A DNA stretch of 64,000 nucleotides from NCBI RefSeq assembly GCF_009914755.1, contig NC_060945.1. One strand, given 5' to 3'. The notes under the pieces were generated by a model. It had not been told where the DNA came from. It did not search any database and saw only the letters and a list, made by a program, of their open reading frames with translations. Origin of the DNA: the human T2T-CHM13v2.0 reference genome, Homo sapiens. The first letter of the stretch is position 1, and every line of letters begins with the position of its first letter. Below, piece by piece: positions 1-11,467 of the stretch. A program made the translations under genes and the position numbers.

Positions 1-717
1 GAAAACAATTCTAGAAACTGTCCTTGTAAGAACAGCAAAAAGAGAAAAAGATAATTCTCAACTGCAGCTTCAACCATTCTTTGCTTAACAATGAGTTAAT
101 TAAAAGGCAAAACTCTATTTCAGGTTTATATGTGTCAATTGCTTGATTAGAAAGTAAATTATTTACCACATATAATATGGTGTCAAAAAACTTATAATAA
201 AATTACTTTGATTTTATTGCTTATAAGTTTGTGAATTTAAATCTCAACTTACAGTGATAAATTTATTTGCTTTGTGCTGACAAGACAGTATCTTGAAGTT
301 TTGTTTTCCAACTCAGTTCTAAATCTGCAGTGTATCAAAATCTCCTCATTATGCTTTGGATGTTATGGTACATAAATGGTATCTTCACAAAGATACATTC
401 ATTCTGGTACTGAAAGTGCCTACTTAAAATTCTGCATGAACAGTTTTATTGAAAAAATATGTAGACAAGCCATTAATTATACACAGTGATTTGGAACAAA
501 TTCTTACAAGAAGCATAGCATGTCTTCCATTAACTGTATACAATTTAAAAAAGTTACTGAAAGTCTTCCTGAAGTTAAACAATAAATCTTTTAAATTTAA
601 CCACTGTGCTCCGTCAAAGGTAATTTTTTCTTTATGACACTCACTTAGGGGATACAGTCAGATCTCAGCCTACTTTAAACAACTAGACAGTATTTTTAGT
701 GCACTTTTCTGTTTGTT

Positions 718-734
718 AAAAAGCTAGTTGTCAA
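718..734 (+). repeat. 5' target-site duplication of the SVA insertion (AAAAAGCTAGTTGTCAA)
   Basis: The identical 17-mer recurs at 2388-2404, right after the SVA poly(A). It is preceded by GTT, giving a TT/AAAAA site, the canonical L1 endonuclease target. Confidence 0.93.
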
Positions 735-840
735 AGTTGGCACCAGAGTTGGGGAGTTTTAAGAGGTTTAGAAGCCTAGCCATGAATACCCACAACAGTT
801 ACGGAGGCAAAGGAAATAGGCCTTTGAAAAGAAGGTAATG
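735..840 (-). mobile_element. HERV-H internal (protease-region) fragment, 5'-transduced with the SVA
   Basis: It lies between the 5' TSD and the SVA hexamer. The - strand translates as LPSFQRPISFASVTVVGIHG*ASKPLKTPQLWCQL, matching my recollection of the HERV-H pro region (LPSFQGPVSLASITVVGIDGQASKPLKTPQLWCQL). It contains an in-frame stop. Confidence 0.8.
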
Positions 841-1292
841 CCCTCTCCCTCTCCCTCTCCCTCTCCCCACGGTCTCCCTCTCTCTCTCTTTCCACGGTCT
901 CCCTCTCCCTCTCTTTCCACGGTCTCCCTCTGATGCCCAGCCGAAGCTGGACTGTACTGCTGCCATCTTGGCTCACTGCAACCTCCCTGCCTGATTCTCC
1001 TGCCTCAGCCTGCTGAGTGCCTGCAATTGCAGGCGTGCGCCGCCACTTCTGACTGGTTTTCTTATTTTTTTGGTGGAGACGGGGTTTCGCTGTGTTGGCC
1101 GGGCTGGTCTCCAGCTCCTAACCGCGAGTGATCCGCCAGCCTCGGCCTCCCGAGGTGCCGGGATTGCAGACAGAGTCTCGTTCACTCAGTGCTCAATGGT
1201 GCCCAGGCTGGAGTGCAGTGGCGTGATCTCTGCTCGCTACAACCTCCACCTTCCAGCTGCCTGACTTGGCCGCCCAATGTGCCGAGATTGCA

Positions 1293-1880
1293 GCCTCTGC
1301 CCGGCCGCCACCCCGTCTGGGAAGTGAGGAGCGTCTGCCTGGCCGCCCATCGTCTGGGATGTGAGGAGCCCCTCTGCCTGGCTGCCCAGTCTGGAAAGTG
1401 AGGAGCATCTCTGCCCGGCCGGCATCCCATCTAGGAAGTGAGGAGCACCTCTTCCCGGGTGCCATCCCATCTAGGAAGTGAGGAGCGTCTCTGCCTGGCC
1501 ACCCATAGTCTGAGATGTGGGGAGCGCCTCTGCCCTGCCGCCCCGTCTGGGATGTGAGGAGCCCCTCTGCCCGGCCGCCCATCGTCCGAGATGTGGGGAG
1601 CACCTCTGCCCGGCCGCGACCCCGTCTGGGAGGTGAGGAGCGTCTCTGCCCGGCCGCCCCATCTGAGAAGTGAGGAGCGTCTCCGCTCGGCAGCCACCCC
1701 GTCCGGGAGGGAGGTGGGGGTCAGCCCACGCCCAGCCAGCTGCCCCGTCCGGGAGGGAGGTGGGGGGTCAGCCCCCGCCCGGCCAGCTGCCCCGTCCATT
1801 AGGTGAGGGGTGCCTCTGCCCAGCCGCCCCTACTGGGAAGTGAGGAGCCCCTCTGCCCGGCCACCACCCCGTCTGGGAGG
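1293..1880 (+). repeat. SVA VNTR (~35-50-bp GC-rich units)
   Basis: Repeated GCCTCTGCCCGGCCGCC-CCGTCTGGGA(A/T/G)GTGAGGAGC-type units, with two GGGAGGGAGGTGGGGG units at ~1704-1770. Confidence 0.92.
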
Positions 1881-2380
1881 TGTACCCAACAGCTCATTGA
1901 GAACAGGCCATCATGACAATGGCGGTTTTGTGGAATAGAAAAGGGGGAAAGGTGGGGAAAAGATTGAGAAATCAGATGGTCGCTGTGTCTGTGTAGAAAG
2001 AAGTAGACATGGGAGACTTTTCATTTTGTTCTGTACTAAGAAAAATTCTTCTGCCTTGTGATCCTGTTGATCTATGACCTTACCCCCAACGCTGTGCTCT
2101 CTGAAACATGTGCTGTGTCCACTCAGGGTTAAATGGATTAAGGGTGGTGCAAGATGTGCTTTGTTAAACAGATGCTTGAAGGCAGCATGCTCGTTAAGAG
2201 TCATCACCACTCCCTAATCTCAAGTACCCAGGGACACAAACACTGCGGAAGGCCGCAGGGTCCTCTGCCTAGGAAAACCAGAGACCTTTGTTCACTTGTT
2301 TATCTGCTGACCTTCCCTCCACTATTGTCCTATGACCCTGCCAAATCCCCCTCTGCGAGAACCACCCAAGAATGATCAAT
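1881..2380 (+). mobile_element. SINE-R domain of the SVA (HERV-K env 3' end plus LTR5-derived)
   Basis: Diagnostic strings TGTAGAAAGAAGTAGACATGGGAGACTTTTCATTTTGTTCTGTACTAAGAAAAATTCTTCTGCCTTG and CAAGTACCCAGGGACACAAACACTGCGGAAGGCCGCAGGG. Confidence 0.93.
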
Positions 2381-2387
2381 TAAAAAA

Positions 2388-2404
2388 AAAAAGCTAGTTG
2401 TCAA
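2388..2404 (+). repeat. 3' target-site duplication of the SVA insertion
   Basis: AAAAAGCTAGTTGTCAA, identical to 718-734 and overlapping the A-tail. Confidence 0.93.
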
Positions 2405-2878
2405 GAATAAGTTGCTCAAATATCTTTCTCAATTACTTTTTATTTTGTTTTGTAATTATTATTCTATTTTGGTTTTCCTTTAGAATTGTGAAATATCTTG
2501 AATCAGAAATTGCAGAGAATATATAAATGTGTAGGAATGTACTCTGCAATCAAACTAGATCTCGAAAGTGTTTTGTTGTAGTTTATACCTTGAATTCGAA
2601 GGCCATTCTATACAAGGCACTTGAAAAATTTTCAAGCTCATATATTTCATAATAGTACAGAATTTATTGTTCTTTTATTTGCAAGGAGATAGACCAGATA
2701 AAATATCACTTTATTTTTTACAGTGTTGACTTTGATATTCTAAACTTGTCAGTTTATACAGATTAATGAAGACTCCGTACATGTAAAATTCACTATAATT
2801 TTTTTTCTGGTATGAGAATATAAACAAATAGTAACTACATAACCAAACAGGTAAAGTAAAAATATACAATAGCTTGAC

Positions 2879-2910
2879 AAAAAAAAAAAAAAAGAAGAAG
2901 AAAAAAGAAA
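2879..2910 (+). repeat. A-rich simple repeat (A15 followed by GAA/GAAAAAA)
   Basis: Read directly from the sequence. Confidence 0.85.
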
Positions 2911-3439
2911 CCCCTATACATTACTTAACATTGTAAATCTCTGAGGACGAAATTGGATTCAAAAGAAACATTTCTCGTGGGCAGGGAAAGGGCTAAAAAT
3001 CTAAAGTATATAATAAGTATATTCCTCATTGCTATAAAATATATGACCAGCATGACATTTCAATACATGTTCAAGTTTTCTGAAGAAAGTTCTAGGATAA
3101 TAGGATTTCAACTTTTGATTCTACAGATATCATTCTTGTGATTGGTATGGGAGAATCATCCTCTCCATGTATTAGTGGATTCAAATGAAAAAAAAATCAG
3201 GCAGCTAGTTCCTTTCCAAGAAGCCTTAGAGATTGTTGTACATAAAAATAGCCATATTTCTGATTCAAATTTTAATTAGAGAATTCTCTTTATTCCCTCT
3301 TCAGCATAAAATTATGCACTGGCACTCTGCTCTGCAGACAAGTAAAACTTCTTACCTGCTATAATTTGAGATACCCAAGACTCAGAACATATTAACTCCT
3401 AGCTGAAAGTCCCAAAAACTTCTCAGGACAAAAAAAACA

Positions 3440-4032
<593 letters not shown>

Positions 4033-4245
4033 CTCCACTCCACTCCACTCCATTCCATTTCATTCCATTCCATTCCATTCCATTCCATTCCATTCCATCC
4101 CATCCCATTCCATTCCACTCCATTCCATTCCATCCCATTCCATTCCACTCCCTTCCACTCTATTCCACTCCATTCCACTCTACTCCAGTCCACTACACTC
4201 CATTCTATTCCATTCCATTTCATTCCAATCTATTCCATTCCATTC

Positions 4246-7200
4246 TTTTATTTTGTCAGGAATTCACTCCCTCACCCAGGTTGGAGTGCAGTGGCACAAT
4301 CTCAGCCCACATTTCATTTCAACGTGCCATTCCATTCCATTCCATTCCTTTCCATTCTATTCCACACCACTCCACAAAACTCCACTCTACTCCACTCCAC
4401 TGCATTCCTTTCCATTACATCCCATTCCCTTCCTCTTCTTTCCACTATACTCCACTACACTCCACTCTACTCCACTCCACTCCACCCCACTCCATTCCAT
4501 TCTACTCTAATCCGTTCCATTCTTTTCTTTCGATAGGATATCACCTGTCACCCAGGATGGAGTGCAGTGGCACAATCTCAGCTCACATTTCATTTCACCA
4601 TTCTATTCCACTCTATTCCATTCCATTCCACTACACTCCTCTCCACTCCACTCTACTCCATTCAATTTGAATCCAATCCACTCAACTCCATTCCATCCCA
4701 TCCCATTCCATTCCACTCCACTCCAATAAACTCCACTCCACTCCACTCCTTTCTATTCCATCCCATTCCATTTCACTCCATTCCTCTCCACTCCACTCCA
4801 GGTCACTCCATTCCATTCTAATCCATCCCACTCAATTCCACTCCATTCTGCTCCATTCCACACCACTTCGCTACACTCCATTCGATTCCATTTCATTCCA
4901 TTTGACTGCATTCCATTCCATTCCTTTCTTTCGACAGGATCTCACTGTGTGACCCTGGTTGGAGTGCAGTGGCACTATCTCAGGTCACATTTAATTTCAC
5001 CATCCTTTCCTTTGTGTTCCATTGCATTGCATTCCATTCAATTCCATTCCATCCTTTTCCATTCCACTTATGTGAACTACACTCCACTACACTCTGCTGC
5101 ATTCCATTCCATTCCACTCCACTCCACTCAATTCCATTCAATCCAATTCCATTCCACTCCATTCCACTATACTCCACTCCATTCCATTCCTCCCCACTCC
5201 AGTCCATTCAACTCCCCTCCACTCTACTCCTCACCATTCCATTCCATTCCATCCCTTTCCATTCCACTCAATTCCACTCCACTCCACTCCACTCAACTAA
5301 ACTCCACTCCACTCCACTCCATTCCATTCCACTCCATCACTTTCTATTCCACTCTATTCCACTCCACTCCACTCCACTCCACTGCCTTCCATTCCATTCC
5401 ATTCCAGTCCATTCCTTTCCATTCCATTCCTTTCTTTCGAGAGGATCTCACACTGTCACCCAGGCTGGAGTTCGGTGGCACAATATCACCTCACATTTCA
5501 TTTCACTATTGCATTCAATTTCATTCCATTCCATTCCATTCCACTCCACTCCATTCCACTCCATTTCACTCCATTCTACTCCACTCCACTCCACTCAATC
5601 CTATTCCTTTCCACCCCACTCCACTCCATTCCACTCCATTCCATTCCATTTCATTCATTCCATTCCATTCCATTTCCCTCCATTCCGTTCTATTCCACTC
5701 CACTCCACTCCACTCCATTTTATTCCATTCTACTCCATTCCATTCCATTCCTTTATTTCGAATGAATCTCACACTGTCACACAGACCAGAGTGCAGTGGC
5801 AAAATCTTAGCTCACATTTCATTTCACCATTCCATTCCATTCCATTCCATTCCACTCCATTCAATTCCACTGCGCTCCACTCCACTTCATTCCATTCCAT
5901 TAAACTCATTACATTCCACTCCACTCCACTCCACGCCACCCCATTACACTCCACTCAACTGTACTCCATTCCTGTCCACTCCATTCCGTTACATTCCATT
6001 CCACTCCATTCCACTTCATTCCACTGCACTCTTCTCCACTGCACTCCATTCCACTCCACTCCATTCCATTCCACTCCACTCCACTCGGTTCCACTCCACT
6101 CCACTCCACTCCATTCCACTCCACTCGACTCCAGTCCACTCCACTCCATTCCATTCTACCACATTCCATTCCATTCCTTTATTTCGTTTGGATCTCACTC
6201 TGTCACCCAGACTGAAGTGCAGTGGCACAATCTTAGCTCACATTTTATTTCACCATTCCATTCCATTCCATTCCATTCCATCCCATTCCATTCCATCCCA
6301 TTCCATTGCACTCCATTCCATTCCAACACATTCCATTTCATTCCTTTCCTTTGACAGGATCTCACTGTGTCAAAAAAGGCTGTAATACAGTGTGACCATC
6401 TCAGCTCACATTTCTTTCATCATTCCATTGCATTCCGTTCCACTCCACTCCATTCCACTACACTCCACTCCCCTCTATTCCATTCCATTCCATTCCATTC
6501 CATTCCACTGCTCTCCACTCCACTCCATTCCACTCCACTCCATTCCATTCCATTCCATTTCACTCCACTCCACTCCACTCCATTCCACTCCATCCCATTC
6601 TATTCCAGTCCATCCCATCCCACTCCATCCCATCTCTTTCCATTCTTCTCCATTCCACTCCATTCCACTCCAGTGCATTATCCTCCATTACATTCCCCTC
6701 CATTCTATTCCATTCCTTTCTGTCAAAGGAATGGAATGGAATCCATGGGATTCATCCTGGGGGATGGAGTGAAGTGCCATAATCTCAGCTATGATTTCAT
6801 TTCATGATTCCATTCCATTCCATTCTATTCCATTCCTTTCCATTCAATTCCATTCCATTCTATTCCATCCTTTGCCATTCCAATCCATTCCACTCCACTC
6901 TAATGCACTCCTCTGCAATCCATTACATTCCCCTCCATTCCATTCCATTGCACTCCATTGCACTCCACTCCAATCCACTCCACTCCACTCCATTCCATTC
7001 CATCCCTTGAATTCCACTCAATTCCATTCCACTCCACTCCACACCACTCCTCTCCACTCCTTTACATTCCACTCCATCACATTCCATTCCACTCCATTCC
7101 ACTCAACTGCACTCACATCCAGTCCACTCCACTCCACACCATTCCACTCCACTCCAGTCCACTCCATTCCACTCCATTCCATTCCACTCCATTCAATTCC

Positions 7201-8659
7201 ATTCCTATCTTTTGACAGGGTCTCACTCTGTCACCCAGGGTCTGGTGCAGTGGCACTATCTCAGCTCACATTTCATTTCCCATTCCATTCCATTGCATTC
7301 CATTGCATTCCATTCCATTATATTTCTTTCAATTCCATTCCATCCCATTCCATTCCACTCCTATGCATTCCAATCCACTCCACTACATTGCACTCCATTC
7401 CATTCCTTTCAATTCCATTCCACTCCACCCCACTTCTTTCCACTCCACTCCATTCCATTCCATCCCATTCCATTCCACTATACTGCACTCCACTCAACTG
7501 CACTCCACTCCACTCCACTTCATTCTATTCCGTTCCACTTCTTTCCTTCGACAGGATCTCACTCTGTAACCCAGGCTGGAGTGCAGTGGCACAATCTCAG
7601 CTCATATTTCATTTCATCATTCCATTCTATTCCATTCCTTTCTTTTCCTTTCCATTCCATTATATTCCATTCCATGCCACCGCAATCCACTCTACTCCAC
7701 TCCACTTCATTCCATTCCATTCCATTCCACTCTGCTCCACTCTTCGTCACCAAAATCGACTCCACTCCATTCCATTTCATCCAATACCATTCCTTTCCAC
7801 TCCTCGTCCCTTCTCTCCACTCCATTCCCCTCTTCGTCACCAAAATCGACTCCACTCCATTCCATTTCATCCAATACCATTCCTTTCCACTCCTCGTCCC
7901 TTCTCTCCACTCCACTCCCCTCCACTCCCCTCCACTCCCCTCCACTTCATTCCATTCGATTCCATCCCATTCCGTTCAATTCCACTCCACTCCACTCCTC
8001 CCCATTCCACTCCATTCCATTCTATTCCATGCCATTCCATTCCATTCCATTCCATTCCATTCCATTCCATTCCATTCCATTCCATTCCATTCCATTTTAT
8101 TCCATTCCATTCCTTTCCACTCCACTCTATTCCTTTCCATACCTTACATTCGACAGGATCTCACTCTGTCACCGAGTCTGGAGTGCAGTGGCAGAATCTC
8201 AGCTCACATTTCATTTCACTATTCCATTCCATCCCATTCCTTTCCATTCCATTCCATTCCATTCCACTCCACTCCATTCCCCTCCACTCCACTCCCCTCC
8301 ATTCCATTCCATTGCATTCCATTCCATTCCACTCCACTCCACTCCACTCCAATCCATTCCATTCCACTCCACTTCACTCCATTCCAGTCCATTCCATTCC
8401 ATTCCATTCGTTTCCACTTCACCCCTCTCCACTGCACTCTACTCCACTTCATTCCATTCCATTCCACTACATTCCATTCCAGTCCACTGCTTTCATCTCC
8501 ACTCCATTCCATTCCATCGCATTCCATTCCACTCCATTCCATTCCATACCACTCCACTCCACTCTGCTATACTCCACTGAATTCCATTCCATTCCTTTCT
8601 TTTGACAGCATCTCACTCTGTCACCCAGGCTGGCATGCAGTGGCACAAACTAGGCTCAC
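4246..8659 (-). repeat. Block A: 12 AluJ-like 3'-end fragments (~60-65 bp) embedded in the satellite
   Basis: Consensus TTTCTTTYGACAGGATCTCACTCTGTCACCCAGGCTGGAGTGCAGTGGCACAATCTCAGCTCAC followed by ATTTCATTTCA. Copies start at about 4246, 4523, 4925, 5431, 5752, 6178, 6345, 6717 (rearranged), 7206, 7542, 8149 and 8596. Confidence 0.9.
7741..7920 (+). repeat. 90-bp tandem duplication
   Basis: TCTTCGTCACCAAAATCGAC…TCCTCGTCCCTTCTCTCCAC starts at 7741 and 7831; 1 mismatch in 90. Confidence 0.93.
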
Positions 8660-9156
8660 ATTTCATTTCACCATTCCATTGCATTCCATCCCTTTGCATT
8701 CCATTCCATTCCATTCCATTTTTTCCATTCCATTCCATTCCACTCCACTGCATTCCACTCTACTCCACTCCAATCCACTCCACTGCATTCCACTCTACTC
8801 CACTCCAATCCACTCCACTGCACTCCATGATATTCCATTCCATCCCATTCCATTCCACTTGATTCCACTCTACTCCACTCCAATCCACTCCCCTCCACTC
8901 CATTCCATTCCATTCCAATCCATTCCATTCCACTCGATTCCTTTCCATTCCACTCCATTCTATTCCACTCCCCTCCAGTCCATTTCACTCCATTCCATTC
9001 CATTCCACTCCACTCCACTCCATTCCATTATACTCCACTTCAATCCTTTAAACTCTACTCCATTCCATTCCACACCACTCCCCTCATCTACACTCCATTC
9101 CACTCCTCTCCACTCAATTCCACTCCACTCAGCTCCACTCCATCCCATTCCACACC

Positions 9157-11467
9157 TTTGTTTTGACAGGATCTTCCTCTATCACACAGGCTGTAGCGCT
9201 TTTGCACAATCTCAGCACCCATTCCATTCTGATCTGTTCCATTACATTCCATTCCATTCCTTTCCACTCCACTCCACTCCAATACATTCCATTACATGCG
9301 ATTCTATTCCACTACATTCCACTCTTCTCAACTTCACTGCATTCCATTCCACTCCATTCTACTCCATTCCTTTCCACCCCACTCCACTCAACTCCACTCC
9401 ATTCCATTCCATTCCATTCCACTGTACCCCACTACCCTCCACTCAATTCCACTCCACTCCACTCCACTTCGTTCCATTCCATTCTACTCTACTCCATCCA
9501 CTCCACGCCTCTCCATTCCATTCCACTCCACTCCATTCCACTCCAAACCACTCCACTTCATTCCATTCCACTCCATTCCATTCCGCTCTACTCCACACCA
9601 TTCCATTCCACTCCACTCCATTGCATTCCACTCCATTCCATTCCAGTAAACTCCAGTCCATTCCACTACACTCCATTGCATTCAACTCCACTCCACTCCA
9701 TTCCTTTCCACTCCACTATACTCCATTCCATTCCACTCGAATCCATTCGATTCCACTACAGTCCATTTCATTCAACTCCACTCCACTCCATTCTACGCCA
9801 CTCCACTCCATTCCACTCTTTTCCACTCCACTGCTCTCCTGTCCACTCCACTCCACTCCACTAAATCCCATTCCACACTTTTTTCGACATTATCACCCTC
9901 TGTCGCACAGGCTGTAGCGCAGTGGCACTAAATCAGCACCCATTCCATTCCATTCCATTACATTCCATTCCATCCCATTCCATTCGATTCCATCCCATTC
10001 CATTCCATTCCATTCCTCTCCACTCCACACAACTCCACTGCACTCCACTCCATCCCATTCCACTCCTTTCTTTCGATAGGATCTCCTTCTGTCAAACAGA
10101 GTGTAGCTCAGTGGCACAATCTTGGCACCCATTCCGTTCCATTCCTTTGCTCTCTATTCTGTTCCATTCCGTTCCACTCCCCTCCACTCCACTCCACTAA
10201 ATTCCATTACGTAAGATTCCATTACACTCCATTCCACTCCTCTCCACTCCACTGCAATCCATTCCACTCCATTCCTTTCCACTCCACTTTAATCCTCTCC
10301 ACTCCACTCTATTCCACTACATTCCATTCCACTCCACTACATTCCATTCCATTCCATTCCACTCCACTACATTCCACTGTTCTCCACTCAACTCCACTCC
10401 AATCCATTCCAATCCACTCAATTCCATTCCACTCCACTCCATTCCATTAAACTCCACTCCACTCCACTCCAGTCCACCACACTCCACTCCATTCCTTTCT
10501 ACTCCATTCCACTCCACTCCACTCCTCTCTAGTCCACTCCACTCCATTCTACTCCACTCCACACCACTCCATTCCTCTCCATTCCACTCCACTCCACTCC
10601 ATCCCATTCCTCTCCTTTCTTTCGACAGGATCTTCCTCTGTCACACATGCTGTAGCACAACGGGACAATCTCAACACCCATTTCATTCCATTCCATTGCA
10701 TTCCATTCCATTCCTTTCCGTTTCACTCAAATCTACTCCACACCACTCCATTCCATTCCACCCCACCCCATTCCGTTGCATTCCTTTCCACTCCACTCCA
10801 TTGTATTCCACCCCACTCCACTCCACACCACTCCATTCCACTCCACTCCATTCCAATCCATTCCACTCTATTCCATTCCATTCCAATCCAATCCATACCA
10901 ATCTACTCCAGTAAATTACACTCCATTCCACTCCATTCCATTCCACTCCACCCCATTCGATTACACACAATTACACTCCACTCCACTCCAATCCACTCCA
11001 ATCCACTCCACTCCATTCCACTCCACTCTACTCTATTCCATTAAACTCCATTCCATTCCATTCCACTACAGACCATTCCATCCCACTCCAGTCCATTCCA
11101 CTCCACTCCACTCAATTCCCCTCCACTCCACTCCATCCACTCCTCTCCACTCCATTCCACTCCACTCCACTGCATTCCACTCCACTCCACTCCATTCCAT
11201 TCAACTCCATTCCAGTCCATTCCATTCCATACCATTCCATTCCATTCCACTCCAGTCCTTTCCACTCGATTCCGTTCCATTCCACTGCACTCCATTCCGT
11301 TCCACTACACTCCACTCCATTCCATTCCACTCCTCTACACTCCATTCCACTCCACTCCACTCCATTCCACTCCACGCCTTTGCAATCTATCCCATTCCAC
11401 TCCTTTCTTTTGACAGGGTCTCCCTCTGTCACACAGGCTGTAGCGAATTGGCACAATCTCTGCACCC
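9157..11467 (-). repeat. Block B: 5 variant Alu 3'-end fragments embedded in the satellite
   Basis: Shared changes CACAGGCTGTAGCG and terminal GCACCC, with no ATTTCATTTCA linker. Copies start at about 9157, 9879, 10067, 10616 and 11404. Confidence 0.88.

Larger units (their letters stand above)
841..2392 (+). mobile_element. Full-length SVA retrotransposon (probably SVA_D-like)
   Basis: Domains are in canonical order: (CCCTCT)n head at 841, antisense Alu-like region to ~1290, GC-rich VNTR ~1293-1880, SINE-R ~1881-2380 (…CCCAACAGCTCATTGAGAAC…CACCCAAGAATGATCAAT), ATTAAA and a short A-tail, flanked by a TSD. Many CpG>TpG/CpA changes. The subfamily call is tentative. Confidence 0.97.

Noticed and set aside
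449-637. Short flank ORFs (449-637 and 2953-3141)
   Set aside because: Both are 62 aa with non-ATG starts in AT-rich sequence and show no recognisable similarity.
960-1290. Independent Alu insertion
   Set aside because: It is the integral Alu-like domain of the SVA.
776-2375. GC-rich ORFs of 60-136 aa on both strands
   Set aside because: All lie within the non-coding SVA (Alu-like, VNTR and SINE-R domains).
2465-2535. Splice-acceptor-like TTTTGGTTTTCCTTTAG followed by a short possible exon
   Set aside because: There is no recognisable coding homology or strong donor, and such motifs are common by chance in AT-rich DNA.
4246-11467. CRISPR-like appearance (conserved ~60-bp repeat with variable spacers)
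   Set aside because: The repeat is an Alu fragment, the spacers are satellite of 100-700 bp, there are no cas genes, and the DNA is hominid.
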